From the NCBI GenBank assembly GCA_951406725.2, contig OX597818.1:146878001-146942000 (forward strand): a stretch of DNA of 64,000 nt, in the 5' to 3' direction. Below, piece after piece: positions 25,355-38,159 of this stretch. Position numbers and translations under genes: made by a program. The DNA is from Octopus vulgaris. Lineage: Eukaryota. Positions within the stretch are counted from its first letter, which is position 1. The number at the start of each line of letters is the position of its first letter. The notes beneath the pieces were generated by a model. That model was not told the origin of the DNA. It worked only from the letters and a program-made list of their open reading frames with translations, and ran no database searches.

Positions 25355-28017
25355 AGAGATTAGTAGTTAGCGACTTCAGGATCAGAGCTAAATGGTTGCC
25401 CAGAAGAAGACCAGCTTGGAGGAGAAGGATCTGGAAGCTTAAAGATCCTGCAAATGGACAGAGATTTAGAGACGTACTACTCGAAGTTTTCGATGACATA
25501 GAAGGGGATATAGCTTCACATGTGGAAGAAAACTGGAGGTTTCTAAGGGACATTCTGCTGACAGCCACTGACCAGATCTGTGGATGGAGCAAAGTCCCAT
25601 CTCGACCCAGGGTAACGTGGTGGTGGAACAATGTGGTTGACAGGGCTATTAGACAGAAGAAACAGGGTTGGAGGGACTGGAAGAATGGAAGTAGCAGGGA
25701 ATTGTATCAGACTGCCAGAAGGGAAGCTAGGAGACAGGTTTATTTAGCCAGAGGGGAAGCAGATAAGAAAAAAAATTTGCCAATGTTCTGCGCCGTGAGG
25801 ACCAAAGACTTGAGGTATTTCGTGTTGCAAGACAGTGTGTGAGAGAGAATCATGATGTGGTAGGAGAGAAATGTGTCCACATGGATGATGGTTCACTTGC
25901 GCTAAATGAGGATACAAAGAGAGAAGTTTGGAGATGCCACTATGAAAGGTTGCTGAATAAAGAAAATGAATGGGATAAAGAGAGTCTGCAAAATGTCGAC
26001 CCAACAGAGGGACCAGCTATCTGAGTTGACAGTCCTTTGGTAGTTAAGGCAATTAGAAGCATGAAGACAGGGAAAGCCCCAGGCCCATCAGGAATTACTG
26101 CAGAGATGCTCAAAATATCTGGCAGTGTCGGCCATAGCCTAGTCACCCATATAGTTAACCAGGTGATACATGAAGGAGTCATACCCAATGACTGGTGTAG
26201 CAGCATAATAGTCAACTGCTACAAAGGTAAAGGTGACGCCCTAGATACAAATAATTACAGAGGCATCAAGCTGTTGGATCAGGTAATGAAGGTTACGGAG
26301 AGGGTCATAGCCCAACTGATTAGGGAGAGAGTCAACTTGGACAAGATGCAGTTTGGATTCGTGCCAGGGAAAAGCACCACTGATGCCATATTTCTGGTGA
26401 GACAGCTGCAGGAGAAATACCCAGCCAAAAATAAACCTCTGTACCTGGCTTTCGTTCACATGGAGAAAGCCTTTGACAGGGTCCCCCGATCCCTTATCTG
26501 GTGGTCAATGAGGAAACTAGGGATAGATGAATGGATAGTGAGAGCTGTACGAGCCATGTACAGGGACGCTGTTAGTAAGGTGAGGGTTGGCAACAAGTAC
26601 AGTGAAGAATTCCGGGTAGAGGTAGGGGTCCACCAAGATTCAGTCCTCAGCCCCCTCCTATTTATCATAGTCCTGCAAGCAATAACGGAGGAATTCAAGA
26701 CAGGCTGCCCCTGGGAGCTCCTCTATGCTGATGACCTTGCCCTAATTGCTGAGTCACTATCAGAACTGGAGAAGTTTCAGGTGTGGAAGCAAGGATTAGA
26801 ATCGAAGGGCCTAAGAGTCAACCTAGCTAAAACCAAAGTTCTAATAAGTAGGAAGGTAGACAAATCACAAACAGCCTCAGGTGGCCCTGCTCGATCTGTA
26901 GAAAAAGTGTAGGTAGAAACTCTATAAGATGCACCAAGTGTAAGCTATGGACACACAAGAGGTGCAGCAATGTCAAAGGAAGGCTAACTAGGAAAATAGT
27001 TTTTGTATGTGACAGATGCTCGGGAGTAATAAACACTGAAAATACGCCGAGACTATCTTCCGCCACATTCCAGGGAGAAAAACTAGAAGTAGTTGATAGC
27101 TTCCATTACCTAGGTGACCAAGTCAGCAGCGGGGGCAGGTGTGCTGAAAGTGTAACTGCTAGAGTAAGAATAGCCTGGGCAAAGTTCAGAGAGCTTTTAC
27201 CTCTGCTGATGACAAAAGGCCTCTCGCTGAGAGTAAAAGGCAGATTGTATGACGCATGTGTACGAACAGCTATGCTACATGGCAGTGAAACATGGGTCGT
27301 GACTGCTGAGGATATGCGTAAGCTTGCAAGAAATGAAGCCAGTATGCTCCGATGGATGTGTAATGTCAGTGTTCATACTTGACAGAGTGTAAGTTCTTTG
27401 AGAGAAAAGTTAGACCTAAGAAGCATCAGTTGTGGTGTGCAAGAGAGACGTTTGCGCTGGTATGGTCATGTGGTGAGAATGGATGAAGATAGTTGTGTGA
27501 AAAAGTGCCACACTCTAGCAGTTGAGGGAACCTGTGGAAGAGGTAGACCCAGGAAAACCTGGGACGAGGTGGTGAAGCACGACCTTCAAACTTTAGGTCT
27601 CACCGAGGAAATGACTAGAGACCGAGACCTATGGAAGAATGCTGCGCGTGAGAAGACCCGGCAGGACAAGTGAGGCTATAATCCCGTGGCCTACACCTGG
27701 GATGTAACCAGCCCATCTATGCATTCCTTTCCTTCTTGGGACACAAAACTCCACTTGTGAAGACCTGTTGAGGCAAGTGAAAATCAAAATCGTAACCTAT
27801 CAACATCAATGGAATTTGTAGTTCTGATACCAGTGCCGGTGGCACGTAAGAGAACCATCCGAACATGGCCGTAGCCAGCGCCGCCCGACTGGCCTCCGTA
27901 CTGGTGGCACGTAAAAAGCACCATCCGATCATGGCCGTCTGCCAGCCCCGTCTGGCACCTGTGCCAGTGGCACGTAAAAAGCAGCCACTACACTCATGGA
28001 GTGGTTGATGATGATGA
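25355..28017 (+). mobile_element. 5'-truncated RTE-clade LINE (disrupted ORF2 plus repetitive 3' UTR and (GAT)n tail)
   Basis: RT motifs KAPGPSG, NYRGIKLL, QFGFVPGKSTTDAIF, EKAFDRVPR, GVHQDSVLSPLLF, YADD (~26724), FHYLGD, LRWYGHV, GRGRPRKTW. Frameshifts near 25770 and 26875 and stops at ~26022 and ~27380. Confidence 0.95.
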
Positions 28018-28765
28018 TATAATATTGCGGTGATGGTCAAAATCTAAACTATATCTAGTTCTGATTAATCTGGTCTGATGAAGATTATACAATGTCAACA
28101 ACAACAATAGAATGGTTAGCTTGAGTAAACATTGATTTAACTCATTCATGTAAAGTACTTAAGATAGTAGAGAGCAGTAGATTCAATATTTTATATCTAA
28201 AATTTTAATCTGCAGAGAGAGGGGTGGGAGCAGGGGGGGGGTGGAAAGAAACAGACAATGAGCTAGGGAAACATCAAATTAACTTAAAGTTGATGGATAG
28301 TTTTGTTGGTTTACATAGTAACCAAGATTGCTTTTTCTCTCATAAGAATATATATATAGGTTTTCATTGGTTGCTTGCCGTATGCCAATACAAAACATTT
28401 GATCAGATCAGAATTAGCTTTGTTCAAGGAAAAGTTTAGCTTTTTTCTAACCATGTACTTTGGTTTATCTAGATTACTGTCAGAATTATCAGTTTATTCT
28501 AAAACATATGTCTAGAATGTAGGATAAAAATTTTGGTGAATAACCTTATCAGTCTGAACGATTGCCAGCCATGGCACCATGAATCTTCCTGGAGTTGAAC
28601 TGAACAATTTGAAGAATGGAAATTGAAAGCAATTTGATGAGTCCTCCCAGAGCAGCAACTATTGTTGGGTATGAGTGAGCATATGCAAACCTCTGTGGTT
28701 AGAGCTTATTGTCGAAAAGTTTGTGGAATGTTTTTGAGATGCTTTTTGCCAATAACCATTATTAT

Positions 28766-28962
28766 GGAGTAAAGATAATTTGCCAACATAACATGGCAGT
28801 CCTGGTTTAGGACGAATGCTCCTGTAAATTTAGCCCCAGGAGACATTGTCTCCAGTTGGCTATATGATACGATCCTAAACCAGGACTGCCCTGTTATGTT
28901 GGCAAGTTATCTTTACGCCAAAGTATTGCTGCTGAATATCTCACATAGTGAGATTTACAAAT
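28766..28962. mobile_element. Family X foldback insertion: 48-bp inverted arms + 42-bp tail, flanked by a 15-bp direct repeat
   Basis: Arms 28765-28812 and 28873-28920 (about 3 mismatches). aataaccattattat occurs at 28751-65 and 28963-77. Confidence 0.8.
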
Positions 28963-29217
28963 AATAACCATTATTATACTCAAATGGAGTTCAGTAAGAA
29001 TTTTGTTTTTATCTGTTTGCTATTTTTTAATATAATAAAGTAACAAATAGCTATTAAATTTAGATACATTTTGAGTATTCCATTTATTTAAATCTATTTA
29101 GATAGTCTTGTTGGCATTGTATCAAGAACAAATATATTTGCAATATACTGGAATAAAATGTTTGCCCTGTTTTGAAATATGTTTCTTTATTGGCTCTGCA
29201 AATTTTAAGCTATTACA

Positions 29218-29306
29218 AACACACACACACACACACATGCACACATTCACACACACACACACACACACACGCACACACATACACACACACACACATGCAT
29301 GCACAC

Positions 29307-29339
<33 letters not shown>

Positions 29340-29392
29340 TGCGCACACACATACACACACATGCACACACTCACATGCACACACACACACAC
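29218..29392. repeat. Interrupted (CA)n microsatellite
   Basis: Directly visible. Confidence 0.95.
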
Positions 29393-29676
29393 AATTACAA
29401 AGAAAAATTTGACAGTGATTTTGAACTTTTACTGATCATTGTTTTTATCAGTCTGCTGACAACTATTGGCAAAACTTCAAAGTTACTATCAAACATTTCC
29501 TTGTAAAAGTACAACTTATACATTACTTAAATCTGTTGAGTTTCTCTCAATGAATGCCTGACTGTCTTCGTGTATAAATTTACATACAACACACACCACA
29601 CATACACACATATATATGTACATGATAGATAGATACATGTATCTGTATGTTTGGGCATGTATGTATATTACAAATA

Positions 29677-30690
29677 CAGGATGTTCAGGCTAAATTTGAA
29701 AGTTTGCACAAAAGAAAAACACAATATTCCATCCAAAAATAAAAGTATTTTAGAAAATCAAGATATATCAACTAGATTATGGTTGGGAGATAAGTTAACA
29801 CAAACCAGACACCCTCAGCTCCCACCACAGCTTCAAGACAGCTCCTAAACCTAGTGCTAGCATTCCTTACTGTATCCTTTGGGAGATCTTTGAACACTTC
29901 CTTGATCTTAGCCACTAACTCAGCCTTGGTGTTACAGGTACAGTGGTTGGTGTCTTTTAGTAATCCATTATATTACAATTGAGGGAATTAGGAAGCCAGA
30001 AAATGGGTTTAGGAAAGTTATGGAAATTTTCTGACAACCACTTCTGACTCTTTCGGGAGATCTGGCAAGGAGCCTTGCAGCAAAAAATGGGTCTGGGAAA
30101 GTCATAGAAATTTTCTGACAACCACTTCTGACTCTTTCGGGAGATCTGGCAAGGAGCCTTGCAGCAAAAAATGGGTCTGGGAAAGTCATAGAAATTTTCT
30201 GACAACCACTTCTGACTCTTTCAGGAGATCTGGCAAGGAGCCTTGCAGCAACTAGCTTCTCCAGTCAGGATTTGATTGCAGTCTCCAACAGCTTCATGTA
30301 GCAGTCTGAAATGAGCCTAAGGGCCCTGTAAGGCAACATAATATCACCATCACTAGAAACACACCCAAATACCATAAGAATTTGGGGGAACTTGGTTTCA
30401 TGATGTCCATGTCATGTTTTACTGCCTTCACAGAGCACTGATCAGCAGTCACGATGTCGATATTTTGATGCCGAGCATGAATCAACATGATAGAAGTAAC
30501 TCTCTTTCAATATTCAGAGGGCTTCCAGTCCCCTATGTCAGCTGACTTTTTCCCAACTGCAACTTTAATCATTATATTCTTTAATGCGATGCCGTTAACT
30601 AATGCATCAAGCTGCTCCAGTACCTTGTCCGATATCCTGCCAGTAGAATTTAGTGAAAGGGGGAAAAACTGCACAGAAGCTAATTTCATA
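29677..30690 (-). pseudogene. maT/DD37D-like Tc1-mariner transposase fossil
   Basis: Minus strand APCQISRKSQKWLSENF..FWLPNSLNCNIMDY (cf. WPPNSPD.NPLDY), then KAELVAKIKEVFKDLPKDTVRNASTRFRSCLEAVVGAEG. A TIR-like ta|caggatgttcaggctaaatt sits at 29677. Confidence 0.7.
29999..30250. repeat. Three tandem 84-bp units
   Basis: The atggg..ggaaag unit anchors at 30003, 30087 and 30171. Units are near-identical. Confidence 0.95.
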
Positions 30691-30949
30691 TTTGTGCATG
30701 TGTGTGTGTGTGAGTGTGTGTGAATTCCAATGAAGTGTGTACCAGACATATACTGAATTAAATTATCAAATTGTCTCGCTTTTTATCAATTAATTTTGTG
30801 TGATCACAAAAATTGTAATATTGATATGTTTTTTCCTAACTTTGACCCAGTTTTCTCCAGAATTTTAATTACTCATTTGCTATACATTTAATCATTGTCT
30901 TTTGTTTTGTTCATCATCATCAACATAAACATTATCAGTTATTTTTGTA

Positions 30950-33000
30950 TAATTTAATTGTTTGATAAAGAAATGGCAGAATGCCAACCTGGAAGATCTT
31001 CCTTGGGCATTTCTATTTGAATTGAACATTTTCTTGCCTTATTCCTAGTTTACTATGGAATTGACCACAACCAACCTAGAATTTCTTTGTACAGACCAGT
31101 TCTGTGTTTCACAGGAAGTGACACAAGCCATTACATTGCTTTAGTAAAACTGCTTCCAGCCACATCTTTATTGAATATTTTAACTGATTCGACATCGTAA
31201 TACAAGCTATGTAAGATGGATAGGAGGCTTTTAAATTTTGATTCTGCATTCTTATATGTACTATATCTTCACAAGTATTTTTGAATAAGTTATCCTTCAA
31301 GTTTTCTTTAAAATAACCTTTTTCTCTTTTTTTTTTTTTCAAAATGTATTCTAGTTCATACAAGATTTCATAAGAAATTGTATAAGATGGAATGACAGCA
31401 TTTAAGTTTTGAGTTTACATTCTCATTTAGTGTGTTAACTGTTCACCTGTCCTGTATATCACATGATATACAGGAATATATTTCCCTAGCATCTATACAT
31501 AATATTTGATACACATTTCCAGTATTTTTTCCAATTAGCAGAGTAACTTCAGACTTCTAAAAAGAAAGTTTTATATTACCCAGAACATGTTAACTAAAAT
31601 TCTGAAAACAAACATGGACATTAAGGACAAACTTATGAAAATGCTATGGACAAGCAGTGGATAAGCAGTTATTAGTGTATTGAATAGTATACTTTGCAGC
31701 CTTTCTGTGGTTTCAAGAAAATTACCTGTCTAGGTTGTTCGATTGGCAGAATTGTTAGAATGTTATATGAAATTCCTCATAGTATCAGTCTGGGCTATCT
31801 TTGTTCTGATAACAACACTTGCATTTCCCTTGATCAGTGTTTCTGTTGAGAGAGGAAACTTCCATGCATGAACAAATGTTAGTCCTCAAGATAAGCAGCT
31901 CCGAACAGAAAGGGTCATATGCCCTATGAGGATATATCAAGATGCTATCAAAGTGGATTTCAAAACATTTTCATTGTGTGCATAGCTTTAGGCATACAAG
32001 TAAATATACATTAAATATTGTAAGAATATAAAGATCAAAACGAAAAGAATATTTCCAGAATTGTTTTTGATATGGTATACATTTCTTGTAACACTAGCTT
32101 ACGTAAGGTTTATTAAGCTATATGAGTAGTATTTTGTGCAGGTCTGAAGTAGACAGTTCACTTTTAAGACTGGTTTAAGAAAATAATTACTTTTTATAAT
32201 TGGCTTTGAAGAGGAGCAGAGCTCATAGCTCATGCTGATCCTTACATATGAGTTAAGTCAATACAGTTAATGTCTATTTTGATCTTCTAACAGATTCCTC
32301 ACTGACCCTTCCACACAATCTTTCTGGAGAGAAAGTATAGAGAAAAGTATTTTATATAGTTTGTTTAGATTAGGTGAAACACAGTAGATGCAGTGATGCA
32401 GGTACATCAAAGGTATTCAGATTGGTTGGTGTTGTATGATGTTTTTGAGTTCAAAAGAGCTAAAGCAATTATTGTAGCAATGAAAGAGAAAGCGGAAGAA
32501 TAGAAGACATCAGTGGATTAGTGAATGTAAATATGTTGATAATTGAAGACTTGCTCATCAGATAAACGGCCTGTTTTGGATATGTTTGTAAATGGCAAAG
32601 CACCATCACAGACCAATGCTCTAACATTCAGTACATATCCATTGATGGAAAAAGAGCTTACCAAAAAAGTTAGGTTTATGCCTTGAAAGTAGATTGAGTT
32701 TATTTTCTTAATATATAGTTTCTAAAAATATAACTGACCTATCTTGGATCAAATAATAAAACATGAATTCAGGACCCAAACAAGACCGTTTTTATAGATA
32801 CAACCATTTAATGTAACTTTTTAATTATAGAATCCCACTTTGAAAGCAAACTGATGTATCCTTATAGAATAGCAAATATCAGTCTCAGTGGCAGGAGTAT
32901 ATTGTTTGAAAACTTTCTAAACTGTTCCCTAGATGATGTCATTCACCAGTAAACTGTTTTCAAACAGTTATGTCAAAACCTTTCCCTTTTAAATGTAATG
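30950..33000 (-). pseudogene. Possible ancient Penelope-like RT fossil
   Basis: Scattered minus-strand remnants in the expected order: FTN.PL (~32510), AMSS.PL.AN (~32215), F.KP (~31715), LIHCLVH (~31655), KGY (~31320). Very decayed. Confidence 0.35.
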
Positions 33001-33947
33001 AAATAACTGTGAGCTATTACATTTAGATGCCATTTTTATAGCTCCATTTCATTTGCAAAGAGATGAAAGATAAGATCTAAAGTCACATACAAGTTTCTGA
33101 CTTTAATATCATAAAACATTCTAACCTAGATGTGAAGGTCTAAATGTATTGTTTGTCATCGGCTCTGTTTAAATTGGAAAACATTCTCATTGTTATGAGC
33201 TCAGTTTTTGATGTATGTAAGTAAATGCACATTAAATTAAATATTGCTGGTGAGAATATAAAGATCAAAACAAAAAGAAAGGGGGAGGCAAATACATTCC
33301 AGAACGTTTATACAGTTGTAGTAGATAACAGCAATTGAGATTTTTTACTATTCTTTTTTTAATCAAATAATCAAGAAGAATTTACCAACAGAAACGGTCA
33401 TCAAGCAATCAGTGCTTCAGACTAGGTAATCATTTCAGCTTTTTAACACATCTTTAAATATTAGAAAACAGGCTCCATGAAAAATACACCGAATGTAGAA
33501 ATGAATGGTTCATAAAAAAAGGTAAAAGGTTGCAGGCATGGTTGTGTGGTTAATGAGTCTGATTTTCAGTCACGTGATTTTAGGTTCAATTCTGGAACTG
33601 CCCAATGTCTAGTAAGTAGAATTTGGTTGACAAAAACTGTCACCTCCTCCTTTCCTGATTTTCTTCTCTGCACTGGTTCAATATAATTTATTTTATCAAA
33701 TTTTTGTTCCCATATTTAAGATGAGGGCCACCTCACTTCCAAACTTGATTCCTTCATGGTAATTTCCTTTAATTTAAATATAGGAATCTTTCATTTTAAT
33801 ACTTCAGACTTGATATTCTATCTATCAACATTGCTTGTTTTTGTTTCAGTCTGAACATTTTCCCAACATAACAGCTTGGAGAATTTCTTGGCTCTCCGAT
33901 AAAGAAATTCAAAGTAGTTGCTGGTATTGATTTCAGCCAACTAAATT

Positions 33948-33988
<41 letters not shown>

Positions 33989-33991
33989 TCA

Positions 33992-34049
<58 letters not shown>

Positions 34050-34269
34050 TCATCATGTGTGAGTCTGTGTTTATCATCATCATCATTTAATGTCTGTTTT
34101 CCATACTGGTATGAGTTAGACAGGTTGACAGGAGCTGGCCAGACTCCAATTGTCTGTTGTAGCATGATTTTTATGGCTGGATGTGCTTCCTAACACCATC
34201 CACTTTATGGAGTGTGCTGGGTGCTTTTTATGTGCCACCAGCATGGGCGCATTTTATGTGGTGCTGACA

Positions 34270-35625
34270 TGAAATCAGAGAGAGCAAGCTATTGGATGTC
34301 TCCATGCTGCGCAGCTTCCATGGATCATTGCTAATGACTTGAACTGCAGTATTTGGACAATTGAGGGGCTGAGGGGATGATACAATGCCACAAACAGCAC
34401 GGAGGATCATCCATGCAATGACTGATCGAGGGTCACAATGGCACATCAAGATCGTCACCTTCATCATCAGCACTTGCAGGACTGATTCTGGAGGGCAACA
34501 GAATCAGCTAGGCAGATCATAGGGAGTCACCATAGAACTATTTGTACAGAGATGGCTCACTGCTAGCCGAAACCTTTCAATCTATCTTGCCAATGTCTGG
34601 CTAGGGGCCCCATCCTCACAGATTGTCATCGATGGGTATGTCTGCTGTGGGCTCAAAAACATCAGAACTGGTGACGTCAGCAATGGATGACTGTAGTCTT
34701 CTCTGACAAAAGTTGATATTGCATTTCTGTGGCAGATGGCAGAGATAGGGTTTGGAGAAGAAGAGGTGGACGTCATGCTGATGGCTGAGTGGTGGAGAGA
34801 GACTCATGGGGAGGACAGAGCATCATGGTAAGGGGCGGGATTGCACTCAACCAGAAACTTGGACCGGTGGTCTTCCAAAACAATGGTCAAGGCCAGGGCT
34901 ATGGAGTAACCACTGCTCGCAACATTGACCAAGTGTTGAGGCCTCACATAGTGCAATACTTTGCCCATCATTGGAATCATGTGTCCCAACACAACACCTG
35001 TGCCCATACTGCCAGGCTGACAACAGACTTCCTCCAACAGCACAACATCCAGACACTGCCATGCCCTGCCCTAAGTCCGGATTTGAACTCCATAGAGCAC
35101 CTGTGGGATGAAGGCTAAATGACATCTCTCCAAGGCTGACAACTGCAATATAATGTGAAATAATTCTTTTGGGGAATGGTGGATCTCAGAGCAGATGATG
35201 TAGCTATAAATAGAGGAGTTAAAAAACCCTTTGGATAGGAAAAGTTGAAGGTTGTCCATGGAATTCAAACCCACATCTCCTGTAAATACGACAGACTTTG
35301 CAGCATTAGCCTATATCAATCCTTCACTGTAAGTTTTAATATCCCCATGGCCTTCATCAATCGTTTGGGGGCATTCAATGTACATAAGATGCCTGGCGAT
35401 AATCAATGCTAACAGTGGTCACATGAGATATTGAATTCATCTCATTGGATCCAGGATATTCCGTCATCACATGACACCATGTGACGTCAAACATGTTTCA
35501 GGAAATGACGTTTTATCATTAGGAAAGAACGGTTTCTTAATTAGCACTCTTTAATCAAAGCTATGGCAGTCTGTTAATAAACCGTTTTCTATTTAGTATG
35601 TGTGTGATGTTTCTTTTGTGGTTCA

Positions 35626-35628
<3 letters not shown>
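34270..35628 (+). pseudogene. Tc1-like (DD34E) transposon fossil with right TIR
   Basis: REQAIGCL, QWMTVVFSDKS, DGRDRVWRRRG, GGQSIMV.GGI, PALSPDLNSIEHLWDE, then after an insertion IPMAFINRL..SMYIRCLAIINANSGHMRY*. TIR-like gtttcttttgtggttcagtg ends at 35628. Confidence 0.85.
35152..35326 (-). repeat. tRNA-like short element, copy 1, inserted in the Tc1 fossil
   Basis: Homologous to 35987-36168. Minus strand has a B-box-like ggtttgaattcc. Confidence 0.65.
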
Positions 35629-35687
<59 letters not shown>

Positions 35688-35986
35688 AAGAAAGAGAGAG
35701 AGATAGCTACAGAAATGATGTTGGAAGATTAAATAACAATAACAAAATATTGGAAAAATTTTTTTTTTTAATATATATATATTCCAAGTGAAATACACTT
35801 TCACAAACGCTTCAGAGAACAAGAGAAGTGAAAGAAAAATAGTTTTGGTAGAGCAATGTTAAGCATATGCTTGTTTATCATACACATGTAAATCAATTTA
35901 GAACTTAACCACAAACAAGCTATTTCAGTACTAAACTCTGTGTGTGTCTGTGTGCTGACACCATAAGAATATATAAACTTCAATAG

Positions 35987-36168
35987 AATGTGAAATAATT
36001 CTTTTGGGAATTGGTGGATCTCAGAGCAGATAGAGCTATAAGTAACAGCATATAGATAGAGGGGTTAAAAAACCCTTTAAGAAAAGTTGAAGACTATCCA
36101 TGGAATTCAAACCCACATCTCCTGTAAATATGACAGACTTTCTTCCATTGGCCTAAAGCAGTCCTTCA
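35987..36168 (-). repeat. tRNA-like short element, copy 2
   Basis: Minus strand gaaggactgctttaggccaatgg...gtgggtttgaattccatggatagtcttc: A-box, B-box and paired ends. Confidence 0.65.
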
Positions 36169-37814
36169 AATCTATCTGTCCATTTTAGAAAATTTATTCT
36201 TACCAAATAAGAATGGTATGTTGTTGATATTATAAGAATTTATAAGCTTCAAAGGGACCTGAAATGAGTTTTTTCTGTTTTTTTTTTTTAACGATGTTTC
36301 TTGAAACAGATAAAAGTATAAGTAATAGCATGTGAATATTGAGTTGTGTGTGTGTTTGTATCTGTGTATGTATACCTGTGTGTCTGTGTGTTTTCACATG
36401 TATATTTGTATGTAAATGTGTAAAAGAAAAATAGGAAACTGACGATCACATTAGTATTTCAAAGATTCCTTTTCTTGACAGATTAACTTTGCCTTCATAC
36501 CACTGCTCTCATTTCCTTTTTACCATTATTCATTGTAACTTTTCTGCTGTGTTTTATTACTTTTTTTTATATTATGTACAAATATATATATATAAATTTT
36601 CTTTTTATATTAATTTATATTTATACCAGGAATGATAATTTGATTTTCAGATTTAGAAAATATAGAGTAGTGTTACATTGATACTTTCCTAAGTGTAGGG
36701 TATTTCTAGGGCTGGAATAAAATCCCAAATTTGTAGATGGAGGGTTCTTTCCTTACTTGAAACCTCAAATTTTGGTCGAGTTAGCATTACCATTGTAATC
36801 TGTGGCATGTGTTGAGCAGTTTAAGCCTGGCATAGCCCACTCCTGCCCTAGTTTGAACACAGCTAATTTCTTTCAAAGAGACAGGTAGATAAATTGACCT
36901 TGGTACTTGACTGGTACTTCTTTTATTGTCTCCAAGAAAGATTAACAGCAAAGCTGACCTGAGCAAGATTTGAACTCAGAGCACAGGAGTACAGCATGGC
37001 TTCTATCTAATGCACTAATGATTCTGCCTACTTATTACCTAAACGGTGGGACTATATGCGATTGATCCTAGTATATACCTAGTTGTTATTTCATCATCCC
37101 TAGAGGAATTAAAGCCATTGTAGACATCTATTTACATTTGAGATTATTTGTAGGCAGATTAAATCAACCCCAGTAAATGACTGGTACTTTATTTCTTTCT
37201 TTTTTTTTTTTTTTCAAAATCCTAGAAATTTTCAATGGACAGAATTTGAACTCAGAACGTAAAGGGATGTAACTAAATACCACAAATCCTTCTGTCATCC
37301 AGCACTCTGCGATAATAATGACTCGTTAACTTGAATGTGGACAAGCATGGAAGGAAGCTCTTGTATTCATAAACACAGTGAATTTTTAATACTCAAGAGA
37401 ATTTAGCACTATACCACTAACTTGTTTCGTATTAAACTACAAATATGTTTACATAAGACAATTCTGGACTTGTCTTTTTGTAATTATCTAATAGTATTGT
37501 TTGACTGTTTTATTTTTATTGGTTTGTTATGAGTTCTTTAGTTTGAAAGATGTTTGAGTTTTTATTTTTTTGCCCCCCCCCCCCACCACCATTTGAAATT
37601 GGATATCTTTCCTTTGTCAATTTATCTGATGGGAAGTATTACCAAGGTTTCAGTAGTTAAGCACATGCACTCACGTACACATTTTCATGCCTGCAAAAGC
37701 ATCAAGATGTGTGTGCGCACATGCACACACACACAAATACACATTCATGTTGCTATACGTTCATATATGCATATTAATATATATATATATATACAAGTAT
37801 AAACATATATACCT

Positions 37815-38044
37815 ATTTCTTTACTACCCACAAGGGGCTAAACACTGAGAGGACAAACAAGGACAGGCAAACGGATTAAGTCGATTACATCGACCCCAGT
37901 GCATAAATGGTACTTAATTTATCGACCTCGAAAGGATGAAAGGCAAAGTCAACCTCGGCGGAATTTGAACTCAGAACGTAGCGGCAGACGAAGTACGGCT
38001 ACGCATTTCACCCGGCGTGCTAACGTTTCTGCCAGCTCGCCGCC
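37815..38044 (-). mobile_element. Young SINE family B
   Basis: Minus strand ggcggcgagctggcagaaacgttagcacgccgggtgaaatg...gagttcaaattccgccgaggttgactttgcctttcatcctttcg. CpG-rich. Confidence 0.85.
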
Positions 38045-38100
38045 TTTTATATATATACCAATGATCAGAATGTCGATTGTGTGTGTGTGTATATATATAT

Positions 38101-38154
<54 letters not shown>

Positions 38155-38159
38155 TTTTT

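Noticed and set aside
26037-26912. Intact or domesticated reverse transcriptase gene
   Set aside because: Flanked by frameshifts and stops, a conserved Asp is replaced (FVHMEKAFD), and the element is 5'-truncated.
27830-27990. ggtggcacgtaa repeats with variable spacers as a CRISPR-like array
   Set aside because: They belong to the RTE LINE 3' UTR and recur with the same spacers at 39690-39890.
29108-29506. His/Thr and Cys/Val ORFs
   Set aside because: Derived from a (CA)n microsatellite. The same applies to the YIYI ORFs at 5.5, 35.6, 38 and 40.4 kb.
29999-30250. CRISPR-like regularly spaced repeats
   Set aside because: Contiguous tandem units with no unique spacers, no cas genes, and eukaryotic context.
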